Notes under the pieces: model-generated
What the model was told of the DNA's origin: nothing
The model's input: the letters and a program-made list of their open reading frames with translations, nothing else
Database searches by the model: none
Made by a program: the position numbers and the translations under genes
Shown here: one piece after another, positions 1 through 9,828 of the stretch
How the letters are laid out: every line of letters begins with the position of its first letter
Numbering within the stretch: the first letter of the stretch is position 1
Assembly: GCA_041615815.1 (NCBI GenBank)
Contig: JBFJCP010000023.1
Location: forward strand, 1-64,000
Direction of reading: 5' to 3'
DNA: 64,000 bases
Origin: Gemmatimonadales bacterium
GTDB lineage: Bacteria; Gemmatimonadota; Gemmatimonadetes; Gemmatimonadales; GWC2-71-9

Positions 1-1
1 C

Positions 2-760
2 ATGCTCGAAATAAAGAATCTGCACGCGGGCGTCGAGGGCGCCGAAATCCTGAAGGGGATCAATCTCAAGGTCGGAAGCGGTGAAGTGCACGCGATCATG
101 GGACCCAATGGCTCCGGGAAGAGCACCCTCGCGCAAGTGCTCGCCGGCCATCCCGGATACGAAGTGACCGCGGGATCCGTGACCTACGAGGGTCAGGACC
201 TCCTGGAGATGGAGCCGGACGAGCGCGCCATCGCCGGTGTGTTCATGGCGTTCCAGTATCCGGTTGAGATCCGGGGAATCACCAACGCGTACTTCCTTCA
301 TTCGGCGGTCAATTCCGTCCGCAAGGCCCGCGGAGACGAAGAGATCGACACGCTCGACTTCATCGAGGTCCTGCAAGAGAAACTGAAGTTCATCGGTTGG
401 GACGACGGCTTGGTCAATCGAGCGGTCAACGAAGGATTCTCGGGTGGTGAGAAGAAACGGAACGAGATCCTCCAACTCGCGGTTCTCGAACCTAAGCTCG
501 CGATCCTCGATGAAACGGACTCCGGTCTCGACATCGACGCCGTGAAGGCCGTAGCGGAGGCCGTAAACAAGCTTCGGAGCGCTGACCGGTCGTTCGTGGT
601 GGTGACCCACTACCAACGGATCCTCAACTACATCACCCCGGATCATGTGCATGTCTTGGCGGGCGGCAAGATCGTCAAGTCCGGCGGAAAGGATCTCGCC
701 CACGAGTTGGAAGCGAAGGGATACGATTGGATCCGCGAGCAGGCTGCGGCGGTAGCGTGA
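2..760 (+). CDS. sufC: Fe-S cluster assembly ATPase SufC
   Basis: GPNGSGKST Walker A, AFQYPVEI, VNEGFSGGEKKRNEILQ, LDETDSGLD; first of the visible suf genes. Confidence 0.97.
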   Translation: MLEIKNLHAGVEGAEILKGINLKVGSGEVHAIMGPNGSGKSTLAQVLAGHPGYEVTAGSVTYEGQDLLEMEPDERAIAGVFMAFQYPVEIRGITNAYFLHSAVNSVRKARGDEEIDTLDFIEVLQEKLKFIGWDDGLVNRAVNEGFSGGEKKRNEILQLAVLEPKLAILDETDSGLDIDAVKAVAEAVNKLRSADRSFVVVTHYQRILNYITPDHVHVLAGGKIVKSGGKDLAHELEAKGYDWIREQAAAVA

Positions 761-2127
761 GCGCGATGACCATGAGTAAGACGCGAGAAGTGCATGCAGC
801 CGCGGAGCCATATGTAAAAGCCTTCCAGGCGTTTACAGAGAATGGTGCGCAACGAGCTCCAGGGTGGCTACGAGAACGTCGCGACGGCGCCATCGAGCGG
901 TTCGCCGAACTCGGTTTTCCCAACACCCGACAAGAGGCGTGGCGCTTCACGGACGTGAAGCCCATCGTGCAGACGACGTTTGCGCTGGCAGAGACACCTG
1001 ACGTATCCGGCGCTGCCAAGGCGATGGTGCGGTCGCTGCTACCGCAGCCGGGCGGTCCCGTGGCCGTGTTCGTCAACGGGTCGTTCGTCGAGAGCCTCTC
1101 CACGACCGCCGGGCTGCCTGCAGGTGTCGAGCTCGGTGGCTTGGACGACACTATCGCCTCCGGCTCGGAACTGGCGAAGCGCCACTTGGGCCAGTACGCG
1201 GATCCGGACCAGAACCCGTTTACGGCCTTGAACACCGCGTTCATGAAGGACGGTGCTTTCGTCCACGTGCCGGCAGACACCGTCATGGACCAGCCGCTCC
1301 ACCTGCTGTTCCTCGCCGTGCCAGATCCGAATCGGACCCTGCTCTGGCACCCCCGCAACCTGGTGATCGCCGACCGCGGTGCCCGGGTCTCACTCATCGA
1401 GCGATACGTGACGGTGGCGCCCGGGAACTACTGGACGAACGCGGTGACGGAAGTCGTGGGAAGTGAGAACACACGGATCGAGACCTATCGGGTGCAGCAT
1501 GAGGCGGATGGGGCGTATCATACGGCCTCGACCCACTCCCATCAGGCGCGGGACAGCCAGTACACGATGGTCAACTTCGCGTTCGGGTCCAGGCTGTCCC
1601 GGCAAGACATCAAGGCCGTGCTCGACGGCGAAGGTGCGGAGTGTGTGCTTGACGGGCTCTCGATTCTCCGGGACCGTCAGCACGTGGACTTTCACACGAC
1701 GCTCGAGCACGCCAAGCCCCACTGTAACAGTTGGGAATTCTTCAACGGGGTGTTCGACGACCGCGCGCGGGGAGTCTTCACCGGACGTATCATCGTTCGC
1801 CCTGGGGCTCAGCGGACGGATTCGAAGCAGACCAACAACAACCTTTTGCTTTCCGAACGCGCCCGCGCCGACAGTCAGCCGCAGCTCGAGATCTATGCGG
1901 ACGACGTGAAATGCACGCACGGGGCAACACTCGGGCCGATCGACGACAAGCAGCTATTCTACCTTCAGAGTAGAGGGCTCGACCGCGAGGCGGCCCGAAG
2001 TCTGTTGACCTATGGATTCTGCGCCGAAGTGTTGAGCGCGGTGAAACTCGATCGCCTCCGAGCCCAGCTCGATCGGTTGGTCCGCGAGCGACTCCAGGAA
2101 GGTGCGGTCTCGCGAGCGGCCGGATGA
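757..2127 (+). CDS. sufD: Fe-S cluster assembly protein SufD
   Basis: EAWRFT, QPQLEIYADDVKCTHGAT, FYLQSRG motifs; GTG at 757 overlaps the sufC stop (start uncertain, 757-772). Confidence 0.93.
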   Translation: MSAMTMSKTREVHAAAEPYVKAFQAFTENGAQRAPGWLRERRDGAIERFAELGFPNTRQEAWRFTDVKPIVQTTFALAETPDVSGAAKAMVRSLLPQPGGPVAVFVNGSFVESLSTTAGLPAGVELGGLDDTIASGSELAKRHLGQYADPDQNPFTALNTAFMKDGAFVHVPADTVMDQPLHLLFLAVPDPNRTLLWHPRNLVIADRGARVSLIERYVTVAPGNYWTNAVTEVVGSENTRIETYRVQHEADGAYHTASTHSHQARDSQYTMVNFAFGSRLSRQDIKAVLDGEGAECVLDGLSILRDRQHVDFHTTLEHAKPHCNSWEFFNGVFDDRARGVFTGRIIVRPGAQRTDSKQTNNNLLLSERARADSQPQLEIYADDVKCTHGATLGPIDDKQLFYLQSRGLDREAARSLLTYGFCAEVLSAVKLDRLRAQLDRLVRERLQEGAVSRAAG

Positions 2128-3386
2128 CCTCCATTCGCGCCGCGCGTAGCCGACGTCCGCCGGCAACGCTCGATGCTGAGCAGCTGCGCGCGGACTTCCC
2201 CATTCTGCAGCAAGAGCATGAGGGAAACCCGCTTGTCTATCTCGACAACGCGGCGACGAGCCAGAAGCCGACACAGGTCATTCGAGCGCTTCAGCACTTT
2301 TACGAAGAACACAACGCAAATATTCACCGCGGGGTCTACTACCTCAGCGAGCAGGCGACGGCAGCGTACGACGCTGCCCGTACCAAGGTCCAGACCTTCA
2401 TCAACGCGGCTCGCGCCGGTGAGATCGTCTTTGTGCGGGGCACCACAGAGGCCGTGAATCTGGTCGCGCAGAGCTTCGTGCGCCCTATGCTTGAGGCCGG
2501 GGACGAGATCGTGCTCTCCCAGATGGAGCATCACTCGAACATTGTTCCGTGGCAGCTCGTCTGTGAGGCGACGGGGGCACGGCTCCGGGTCGTCCCCATC
2601 ACCGATGAAGGCGCGCTGGATTTGGACGAGTATGCGAAAGCGCTCAACGATCGGACGAAGTTCGTGACACTCGTACACGTGTCCAACTCGCTGGGCACGA
2701 TCAATCCGGTCAAGGAGCTCGTACGCCTCGCGCACGATCGGCAGATCCCTGTCTTGTTGGATGGGGCCCAAGCCGTGCCTCACATGCCGGTCGACGTGCA
2801 GGATCTGGACTGTGACTTCTACGCTTTCTCCGGCCACAAGATGTTCGGACCCACCGGCATAGGTGTGCTCTACGGGAAGGCGGAACACCTTGAGGCTATG
2901 CCCCCATACCAGGGGGGCGGCGATATGATTCGGTCAGTCAGTTTCGAGGCTACACAGTACGCACCCGCTCCGTCTAAGTTCGAGGCTGGCACTCCGCACA
3001 TCGCAGGGGCGATCGGACTCGGGGCGGCCATCGATTATCTGCAAGCGATCGACCCCAAAGCACTCGCCGCCCACGAACAGGCACTGCTCGCGCGGACTAC
3101 GGAAGTGCTCTGTGCCATGCCGGGTGTGAGGCTCATCGGGACGGCAACCGACAAGGCGAGCGTCGTCTCATTCGTGCTCGACGGCGTCCACGCGCACGAC
3201 GTCGGGACCATTCTGGACCAACAAGGGGTGTGTATCCGTACAGGCCACCATTGTACGCAGCCGGTGATGGAGCGGATGGGTGTTCCCGCGACGGCACGTG
3301 CTTCCTACGCGCTTTACAACACTGCGGCGGACGTGGACGCGCTCGCGAACGCGCTCTGTCGCGTCCGCGAGGTGTTTGCCGGATGA
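2124..3386 (+). CDS. sufS: Cysteine desulfurase SufS
   Basis: YLDNAATSQKP, FSGHKMFGPTG (PLP Lys), RTGHHCTQP (catalytic Cys). Confidence 0.97.
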   Translation: MTSIRAARSRRPPATLDAEQLRADFPILQQEHEGNPLVYLDNAATSQKPTQVIRALQHFYEEHNANIHRGVYYLSEQATAAYDAARTKVQTFINAARAGEIVFVRGTTEAVNLVAQSFVRPMLEAGDEIVLSQMEHHSNIVPWQLVCEATGARLRVVPITDEGALDLDEYAKALNDRTKFVTLVHVSNSLGTINPVKELVRLAHDRQIPVLLDGAQAVPHMPVDVQDLDCDFYAFSGHKMFGPTGIGVLYGKAEHLEAMPPYQGGGDMIRSVSFEATQYAPAPSKFEAGTPHIAGAIGLGAAIDYLQAIDPKALAAHEQALLARTTEVLCAMPGVRLIGTATDKASVVSFVLDGVHAHDVGTILDQQGVCIRTGHHCTQPVMERMGVPATARASYALYNTAADVDALANALCRVREVFAG

Positions 3387-3835
3387 CCGATCTGCGAGAC
3401 CTCTACCAGCAAATCATCCTCGACCACAACCGTAGCCCCCGGAACTTTCGTCAATTGGATGATGCCAACCGATCGGCCGAGGGGAACAATCCATTGTGTG
3501 GTGACATCATCACGGTCTCCTTGCGTCTGGAGGACGACGTGATCAGCGACATTGGGTTTCAGGGATCTGGGTGTGCGATCTCGCAGGCATCAGCGTCCCT
3601 GATGACCCAAGCGGTCAAAGGCAGATCGCGGGAGGATGCGGAGCAGCTCTTCCGAGCATTCCACGCCATGGTGACTGGTCAGGTGGGTGACGAAGCGGAG
3701 CGAGAGGTCCTCGGGAAGCTGGCGGCGCTCGGTGGCGTGAAACAGTTTCCCGCCAGAGTGAAATGCGCCAATCTCCCTTGGCATACGCTTCATGCAGCGC
3801 TCGAAGCCTCCGCCGAGGCCGTGACCACCGAGTGA
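3383..3835 (+). CDS. sufU: SUF system NifU-family sulfur-transfer protein SufU
   Basis: LYQQIILDH, NPLCGD, GCAISQASAS, RVKCA; ATG at 3383 overlaps the sufS stop (ATGA), so the ORF-track start 3230 is too far upstream. Confidence 0.93.
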   Translation: MTDLRDLYQQIILDHNRSPRNFRQLDDANRSAEGNNPLCGDIITVSLRLEDDVISDIGFQGSGCAISQASASLMTQAVKGRSREDAEQLFRAFHAMVTGQVGDEAEREVLGKLAALGGVKQFPARVKCANLPWHTLHAALEASAEAVTTE

Positions 3836-3875
3836 TTCGTACCGCCGAACCCATTCTACCGCGAGGCAACTTCGA

Positions 3876-4214
3876 ATGAGCGACGGTGATTTCGAGAAGG
3901 TGGCGGCGCTAGACGAGCTGCCCGATCATACACCGGTCAGTTTCGAGCTAGCCAATGGGGACGAGATCTGTCTGGTGAAAGTGCGGGGAGAGGTCTTCGC
4001 CTTCGAGAATCGTTGTACCCACGCAGAGTTCCCGATGAGCGACGGAGAAATCGTGGACGACTACGTCATCGAGTGTGGGCTGCACGGGGCGCAGTTCGAC
4101 GTTCGGACGGGAGAAGTCGTCGAACTACCGGCCACCGATCGACTCCCGTGTTATCCCGTGAAAGTCGACAAAGGGGATATATGGGTGCAAACCACCCCTG
4201 TAAGCGAAGAATAA
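3876..4214 (+). CDS. Rieske [2Fe-2S] ferredoxin
   Basis: CTH ... CGLHGAQFDVRTG Rieske ligand boxes; follows sufU. Confidence 0.92.
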   Translation: MSDGDFEKVAALDELPDHTPVSFELANGDEICLVKVRGEVFAFENRCTHAEFPMSDGEIVDDYVIECGLHGAQFDVRTGEVVELPATDRLPCYPVKVDKGDIWVQTTPVSEE

Positions 4215-4218
4215 TTCC

Positions 4219-4995
4219 CTAGATCGCTCTGAGAGCCTTTGCGCGGCATTCCTCGGCAAAGCGCATGAGGTCGCGCCGCGGCATGGCCGCAACCACCGCC
4301 CGCGCCAGTCCAGCCTCCTGCCAGACCGCCAACTCGTAGCCATCCGCCGAACGGGCCACAATGCGGTCCCAGTCTACGTCGGTACCCATGACGGAGCCCG
4401 AAGAAAGGGCGAAATAAGTAACGGGTTGGTCGTGAAAGAGGTATTCCACGGCCGCAGTGGGGAGACCTTCGAGATCGGCAACACGACCGCCGAGCAGCAC
4501 CGCGTCGTCGATTTGGGGAATATCGACGGAATACGGGATTCGGGTGGCGAACCACTGCCGAAGCTCTCGGGGGTCCGACGTCGTAATGGCGCGCTGGTCG
4601 GATGCAGAGGGGCCAGGCGGAAGCGCGCGCGCGGCCTGCTCGACGAGCGGACTGGCGACGCGCTCCGGGATAATGGGTGCTCGGACGGTGATGATTACGG
4701 TGGCTGCGGCGGCCACGAGCGCCCCGGCGCCAACGAACCAGCCGACCCGCCGGCGGGTCGGTATATGTGCGTCTGCTTCGCTCGCCACCGCATGCTGAAC
4801 CCGCTGACGCAATGATGCTGGTGCGGTGGTCTGCTGCAGTCGGGCTAGGCGTGCAGATAGTGCGCGCTGGGCGGCGAAAAACCGCTGACAAGCCTCGCAG
4901 ACTTCGTAGTGCCGGAAGGCTTCAGTGAATTCCTGAGTCGCGGGCCGTGGCCCCGGTTCGGGCCACAGGGTGGCGCGAACGTCTTCACACTGCAT
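4219..4995 (-). CDS. Zinc-binding (ZAS, zf-HC2-like) membrane anti-sigma factor
   Basis: N-terminal C...HYEVCEAC (HxxxCxxC), one TM (VGWFVGAGALVAAAATVIITV), C-terminal 'LRQWF..LLGGRV' periplasmic domain; AAGGAG RBS before ATG 4995. Confidence 0.8.
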   Translation of the reverse strand: MQCEDVRATLWPEPGPRPATQEFTEAFRHYEVCEACQRFFAAQRALSARLARLQQTTAPASLRQRVQHAVASEADAHIPTRRRVGWFVGAGALVAAAATVIITVRAPIIPERVASPLVEQAARALPPGPSASDQRAITTSDPRELRQWFATRIPYSVDIPQIDDAVLLGGRVADLEGLPTAAVEYLFHDQPVTYFALSSGSVMGTDVDWDRIVARSADGYELAVWQEAGLARAVVAAMPRRDLMRFAEECRAKALRAI

Positions 4996-5082
4996 TCTGA
5001 GCAAACTCCTTGGTCACGCCTCGCGCCGGGATTTGCAATTGTCCCTCTCCCGTCCGCACGTGCGGCCTCCGCCCCAGTGGGA

Positions 5083-5108
5083 AACCAGGAACGAGCCCAC
5101 CAGGTTCC
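5083..5108 (-). promoter_or_regulatory. Candidate ECF sigma promoter GGAAC-N18-GTT
   Basis: Minus strand reads GGAAC ctggtgggctcgttcctg GTT about 90 nt upstream of the anti-sigma start; matches SigR/SigH-type spacing. Confidence 0.35.
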
Positions 5109-5205
5109 CACGCCCGCGCCCGACCACCCTGCCCTGCACCATTGTCCCGCCGGTGAGTTATCCTACGGGACTCAAGCAACCAGTGCCAGTGCTCTGGTAG
5201 TGCCC

Positions 5206-6180
5206 ATGTCGGAGACGACCATCAGGAAGGGGTCGATGCCACCAGTCGTCTGGATGTCGCGGGTGACGAAGCGATTCAGTGGCCACGTCGCGGTGCGAGA
5301 CCTCTCGCTCGAGGTTCCTGCAGGTAGCATTTACGGGCTGCTCGGACCCAACGGCGCAGGGAAGACCACGAGCATCCGTATGATCATGAACATCCTCGTT
5401 CCCGATGCCGGCGAGGTCCAACTCTGGGGTACCCATGCGGCCGGGCGGGATTTGAGCCATCGCATCGGGTACCTGCCTGAGGAACGCGGCCTCTATAAGA
5501 AGATGCGGGTGATGGACCTACTGCTCTTTTTGGCGGAAACCAAGGGTCTTCACCGGCGGGAGGCACGAGAGGAGGCGCGTCGATGGTTGGAGCGGCTCGG
5601 CCTCGGTGACTGGCGGTCGAGGAAGTTGGATGAGCTGTCGAAGGGAATGCAACAGAAGGTTCAGTTCGTGTCCACCGTGCTCCATCGACCCCAGTTGCTG
5701 ATACTCGACGAGCCCTTTGCTGGACTCGATCCCGTGAATGCCCAGGTTCTCAAGGACGTCGTATTGGACCTCGCTCGTGATGGTACGACGGTGTTGTTTT
5801 CGACCCATATCATGGAACAGGCCGAGAAACTGTGTGATGCGGTGTGTATCATTGCCCGGGGTGAAAAAGTGGTGGATGGGCCGGTCACGGACGTGAAGCG
5901 CCGACATGGTGGACGCCATGTGATCGTTGGAGTGGAACGTAGTGGAGCGGACGTGGGAGCGTTGCTGCGGAACCCCACACTCGTGTCCAAGGGGGACGAC
6001 TACGGGCAATACGCCGAAGTCGAATTGGCGGATGGAGTGAGCCCACAGACCCTCCTTCGGGAACTGGTCGACACGGGCGCGCTGATCACGCGCTTCGAAG
6101 TGGCCGAGCCGAGTTTGCACAAGATCTTCATCGATCTCGTCGGCCCCGCGGCCGCCACGCCGGAGCGCGCCGATGCGTAA
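5206..6180 (+). CDS. ABC-2 type exporter ATP-binding subunit (NatA/YhaQ-like)
   Basis: GPNGAGKTT, GYLPEERGLY, LSKGMQQK, LDEPFAGLDP; start at 5206 or 5236, not 4909. Confidence 0.9.
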   Translation: MSETTIRKGSMPPVVWMSRVTKRFSGHVAVRDLSLEVPAGSIYGLLGPNGAGKTTSIRMIMNILVPDAGEVQLWGTHAAGRDLSHRIGYLPEERGLYKKMRVMDLLLFLAETKGLHRREAREEARRWLERLGLGDWRSRKLDELSKGMQQKVQFVSTVLHRPQLLILDEPFAGLDPVNAQVLKDVVLDLARDGTTVLFSTHIMEQAEKLCDAVCIIARGEKVVDGPVTDVKRRHGGRHVIVGVERSGADVGALLRNPTLVSKGDDYGQYAEVELADGVSPQTLLRELVDTGALITRFEVAEPSLHKIFIDLVGPAAATPERADA

Positions 6181-7447
6181 GACGTGGGCAGTGCTTCGTC
6201 GAGAATTCGTTGAACGGGTACGAAACAAGTGGTTTGTGATCTCGACGGTCTTGGGTCCCGTGCTCATGGCCGTTTTCATCTTCCTGCCGCTCATCCTCGC
6301 GGGAAGGGGAGGGCAAGTCCGCACGGTCACGATCGTGCACGTCGGCGCCAACGATTTCGGTGAGCGCGTGGTTCGGACCATGAGCGCGTCTGGGGCTATT
6401 AGAGCAAGCCTATTGTCGGTGGAGCCGGCGGATCTCGAGACCGTGGCGGATTCCTTGGCGATCGCCGTTGGTGAGAAAGTTCTCGATGGATTTCTCATCG
6501 TGACCGAAGATGCTGTGGCCCGTGGCTCGCTCGAGTACCGAGGATCGAACACGTCCTCACCCACCGACATGCGGGCACTCGAACGACTGGTGCGCGAGGC
6601 CGTGCTGGTGGAGCGCCTGGATCGGGTCGGCGTGGACCCTGCCCTCGTGGCCCAGGCGCAGATCCCGGTCAGGCTCAAGACGGTCACGCTACGCGGTGGC
6701 AAGGTGACCGAAGCGTCGGGCACCTCGACGTTCATTCTCTCGTACGCGATGTGGTTCCTGTTGTACATGGCGATCCTGTTATACGGTCTCCAGGTGATGG
6801 GCTCGATCGTCGAAGAGAAGACCTCACGCATTGTCGAGGTGCTCATCTCCAGCCTGCGACCGTTTCAGCTGCTGGCCGGCAAAGTTGCGGGCGTAGGAGG
6901 CGTGGGATTGTTTCAGCTAGCCATTTGGGGAATTGCCGCCAGCGTGTTGTTTCGACAACGGGGCACGCTAGCACGAATGGTTGGATTGGATTTCGGAACC
7001 GGTGAAGCGATAACGTTGCCACCGATACCCGCGACACTGATCGCGCTGTTCCTTGCGTATTTCCTGCTCGGTTACTTCCTCTACGCTGCGATGTTCGCCG
7101 CGGTGGGGGCGATGTCGAATAGTGATGCTGAAGCGCGACAAGCGCAGACGCCCGTCGTCATGCTGCTCGCCGTTCCAGCGATCATGCTGATCGCACTCCT
7201 GGATCAGCCCGACAGTGCCCTATCGATCACGTTGTCCCTTATCCCGTTCTCCGCGCCCATCGCTATGCCAGTCCGGTGGGCGGTGGCGGAAGTGCCACCC
7301 GCAGAGCTCGTCGCCTCCCTGGGCGGGTGCATCCTGGCCGTCATTGCCGTTACCTGGATCGCCGCCCGTATCTACCGCGTCGGTATCCTCATGTATGGGA
7401 AGCGACCGGGCCTGAAAGAGCTGGGACGGTGGGTCAGGACGGCCTGA
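6173..7447 (+). CDS. ABC-2 type exporter permease (NatB/YhaP-like)
   Basis: EEKTSRIVEVLISS, multiple TM segments, RIYRVGILMYGKRP C-terminus; overlaps the ATPase gene. Confidence 0.9.
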   Translation: MRKTWAVLRREFVERVRNKWFVISTVLGPVLMAVFIFLPLILAGRGGQVRTVTIVHVGANDFGERVVRTMSASGAIRASLLSVEPADLETVADSLAIAVGEKVLDGFLIVTEDAVARGSLEYRGSNTSSPTDMRALERLVREAVLVERLDRVGVDPALVAQAQIPVRLKTVTLRGGKVTEASGTSTFILSYAMWFLLYMAILLYGLQVMGSIVEEKTSRIVEVLISSLRPFQLLAGKVAGVGGVGLFQLAIWGIAASVLFRQRGTLARMVGLDFGTGEAITLPPIPATLIALFLAYFLLGYFLYAAMFAAVGAMSNSDAEARQAQTPVVMLLAVPAIMLIALLDQPDSALSITLSLIPFSAPIAMPVRWAVAEVPPAELVASLGGCILAVIAVTWIAARIYRVGILMYGKRPGLKELGRWVRTA

Positions 7448-7506
7448 CGTTTTCTTCTCGAGGGCACGCCTGACACGGCGGGCGCGCCGCACTACGTTTC
7501 ACAACC

Positions 7507-9381
7507 ATGAAATACGACTACGACGTGATCGTCGTTGGCGGCGGCCATGCCGGTTCCGAAGCGGCGTGCGCAGCCGCTCGACTCGGCGCCCGAACCCTCC
7601 TGGTCACGGCCAATCTGGAGACGATCGGCCAAATGTCGTGCAATCCCGCCATCGGCGGAGTCGCGAAAGGGACCGTCGTGCGAGAGGTCGACGCCTTAGG
7701 GGGCATCATGGGTCGGGCGGCGGACCGGTCGACGATCCAGTTTCGGATGCTCAATCGATCAAAAGGCCCGGCCGTATGGGCTCCTCGCGCCCAATGTGAT
7801 CGCGGGTTGTATCGCCGCGCGGTCCGGCAGCTCCTCGAGGATCGTGCGGGGTTGGAGTTTCTCCAAGGAACCGTGCGGGCACTTGTTCTTCAAGACAATG
7901 GTGTAGAAGGTGTTACGACGTCCGAGGGACGTACGCTTCGCGCTCGAGCAGTGGTCCTCACCGCTGGGACCTTCTTGAGAGGAATGATTCATATTGGAAC
8001 AAGAACGCGAGTCAACGCCGGGCGCGCCGGTGATCCACCGGCAATCGACCTCGCGCAACAGCTCGAGTCGACGGGCCTCGAAGTCGCGCGGTTCAAGACC
8101 GGCACTCCTCCGAGGATCGACGGTCGATCCGTGGATTACTCGGTGCTCGAGCGGCAAGACGGTGAGTTCTCGGAGTATCGCTTTTCGGGTTTTGCCAACG
8201 TGGAGCGGCCGGAGCAGCGGCCCTGCTGGGTCACATGGGCCGGGGAACAGGTCAAGGATATCATCCGAGAACACCTTCACGAATCAGCACTGTATGGCGG
8301 AGCGATCTCGGGTCGCGGTCCGCGGTATTGTCCCTCTATCGAGGATAAGATCGTGAAGTTCCCAGACGCTCCGCGGCACCAGGTCTTTCTGGAACCCGAG
8401 GGCTTGGAGACGTGCGAGCTGTACGTGAACGGACTATCTACCTCCCTGCCGGTGGAGGCGCAGCTGAGCTTCCTACACGCGGTCCCCGGCCTTGAGCGGG
8501 CCAGGATGACGAGGCCGGGCTATGCCATCGAGTACGACTACTACCCACCGCAGCAGCTTACTCCGTGGCTCGAGCTCAAGGCCATCGCACGTCTCTTCCT
8601 CGCCGGACAAATCAACGGCACCACGGGTTACGAGGAGGCGGCTGGGCAAGGAATTGTCGCCGGTATCAACGCGGTCCGACGGGTCCGCGGGGATGAACCG
8701 GTGGTACTCGGTCGCGACGATGCCTACGTCGGAGTCCTCGTGGATGATCTCGTGACGAAAGGCGTGGATGAGCCTTACCGTCTCTTCACCTCTCGCGCCG
8801 AGTTCCGTTTGCTCCTCCGTCAGGACAACGCCCTTCGACGCCTCGGGGGTCTTGCGGAGCGTCTCGGGTTGCTGACAGACGTGGAGCGGACAGTCCTCCG
8901 GGACCGTACAAAAATCGAAGCATCGCTCCGGGACCTGGCGCATTCCTCTGTCCTATCCGCCGATTGTGCGAATGGCGTCCTCCTGTCAGCTGGGGAGAGT
9001 ACCGTAACGACATCCCAAGTCGTTGCCGAGCTGGCTCGGCGGCCGAGAATTGGGCTGCGCGAGCTCCTATCCGCTGCGACGACCGAGATTCCGGAAGCTG
9101 TGCTGGATGCCTGGATGTCGGTCGAGATCGAGATCAAGTACGCAGGATATTTGGACCGGGAGCGGCAGGCCGCCAAGAGGCTCTCCGAAATGGCTGATTT
9201 CCGGCTTCCTCGAGACCTACCGTATTTGGAGCTGCACAGTCTGAGTACCGAGGCGAGGCATAAGCTCGATCGGATTCGGCCTGAATCGCTCGCACAGGCA
9301 GGACGGGTTCCAGGCGTCTCGCCGAGCGACCTTCAGAACTTGGTGCTCGAAGTCGCGCGGCGGCGGCGGTCGGCGGCGTAA
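7507..9381 (+). CDS. mnmG: tRNA uridine-5-carboxymethylaminomethyl modification enzyme MnmG (GidA)
   Basis: GGGHAG, MSCNPAIGG, KTGTPPR, GPRYCPSIEDK, AGQINGTTGYEEAAGQG. Confidence 0.98.
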   Translation: MKYDYDVIVVGGGHAGSEAACAAARLGARTLLVTANLETIGQMSCNPAIGGVAKGTVVREVDALGGIMGRAADRSTIQFRMLNRSKGPAVWAPRAQCDRGLYRRAVRQLLEDRAGLEFLQGTVRALVLQDNGVEGVTTSEGRTLRARAVVLTAGTFLRGMIHIGTRTRVNAGRAGDPPAIDLAQQLESTGLEVARFKTGTPPRIDGRSVDYSVLERQDGEFSEYRFSGFANVERPEQRPCWVTWAGEQVKDIIREHLHESALYGGAISGRGPRYCPSIEDKIVKFPDAPRHQVFLEPEGLETCELYVNGLSTSLPVEAQLSFLHAVPGLERARMTRPGYAIEYDYYPPQQLTPWLELKAIARLFLAGQINGTTGYEEAAGQGIVAGINAVRRVRGDEPVVLGRDDAYVGVLVDDLVTKGVDEPYRLFTSRAEFRLLLRQDNALRRLGGLAERLGLLTDVERTVLRDRTKIEASLRDLAHSSVLSADCANGVLLSAGESTVTTSQVVAELARRPRIGLRELLSAATTEIPEAVLDAWMSVEIEIKYAGYLDRERQAAKRLSEMADFRLPRDLPYLELHSLSTEARHKLDRIRPESLAQAGRVPGVSPSDLQNLVLEVARRRRSAA

Positions 9382-9407
9382 TCACCCCTCGGAACGAGCC
9401 GGTCGTT

Positions 9408-9423
9408 TGTTTCACGTGAAACC
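9408..9423. promoter_or_regulatory. parS site 1 (TGTTTCACGTGAAACC)
   Basis: 15/16 match to the parS consensus TGTTTCACGTGAAACA, upstream of parAB. Confidence 0.9.
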
Positions 9424-9667
9424 GCGGCGAGAACCGTCGTAGGCCTCGGCTTGGCCGGTCGCTGCGAGCTTAGGCAAGAGCTTTCCCGGCTGGACTCCCA
9501 CATCAATCTCGGCATACGAGCCTGCTGAAAAGCGGGTACCAATGATCGTGCGGCCGCTTGACAGGATTTGTACCACTCGCCCGAGTAGCCGGGTGACTCT
9601 GACCGTCCCTAACGCTTGCTGGGACAGTTGTTTGTTGCTGTGCGCGTCGGTTTTCGCTGCCGAGCGT

Positions 9668-9683
9668 CGTTTCACGTGAAACG
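9668..9683. promoter_or_regulatory. parS site 2 (CGTTTCACGTGAAACG)
   Basis: Perfect 16-bp palindrome with the intact parS core GTTTCACGTGAAAC. Confidence 0.9.
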
Positions 9684-9828
9684 CCGCACGTGCATTGCTA
9701 ATTCGTTCGTGATGTCACACTTTTCGATCTGTACGGACAGTTATATTGAGAGCGCGCGCCACGGCACGTGCGTCACCACGCCGCCTTTAATGCCGTAACT
9801 TATTTCATAGCAACAACTTACGTAGATA

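Noticed and set aside
5518..6846. Long antisense or alternate-frame ORFs (for example 442 aa here, 17013-18203, 31260-32327, 36656-37855)
   Set aside because: They shadow well-supported genes, have no motifs, and are expected in high-GC DNA.
9690..9828. Possible oriC in the AT-richer stretch before parA
   Set aside because: No consensus DnaA boxes (TTATCCACA) seen and no dnaA/dnaN in the window; more simply the parA promoter.
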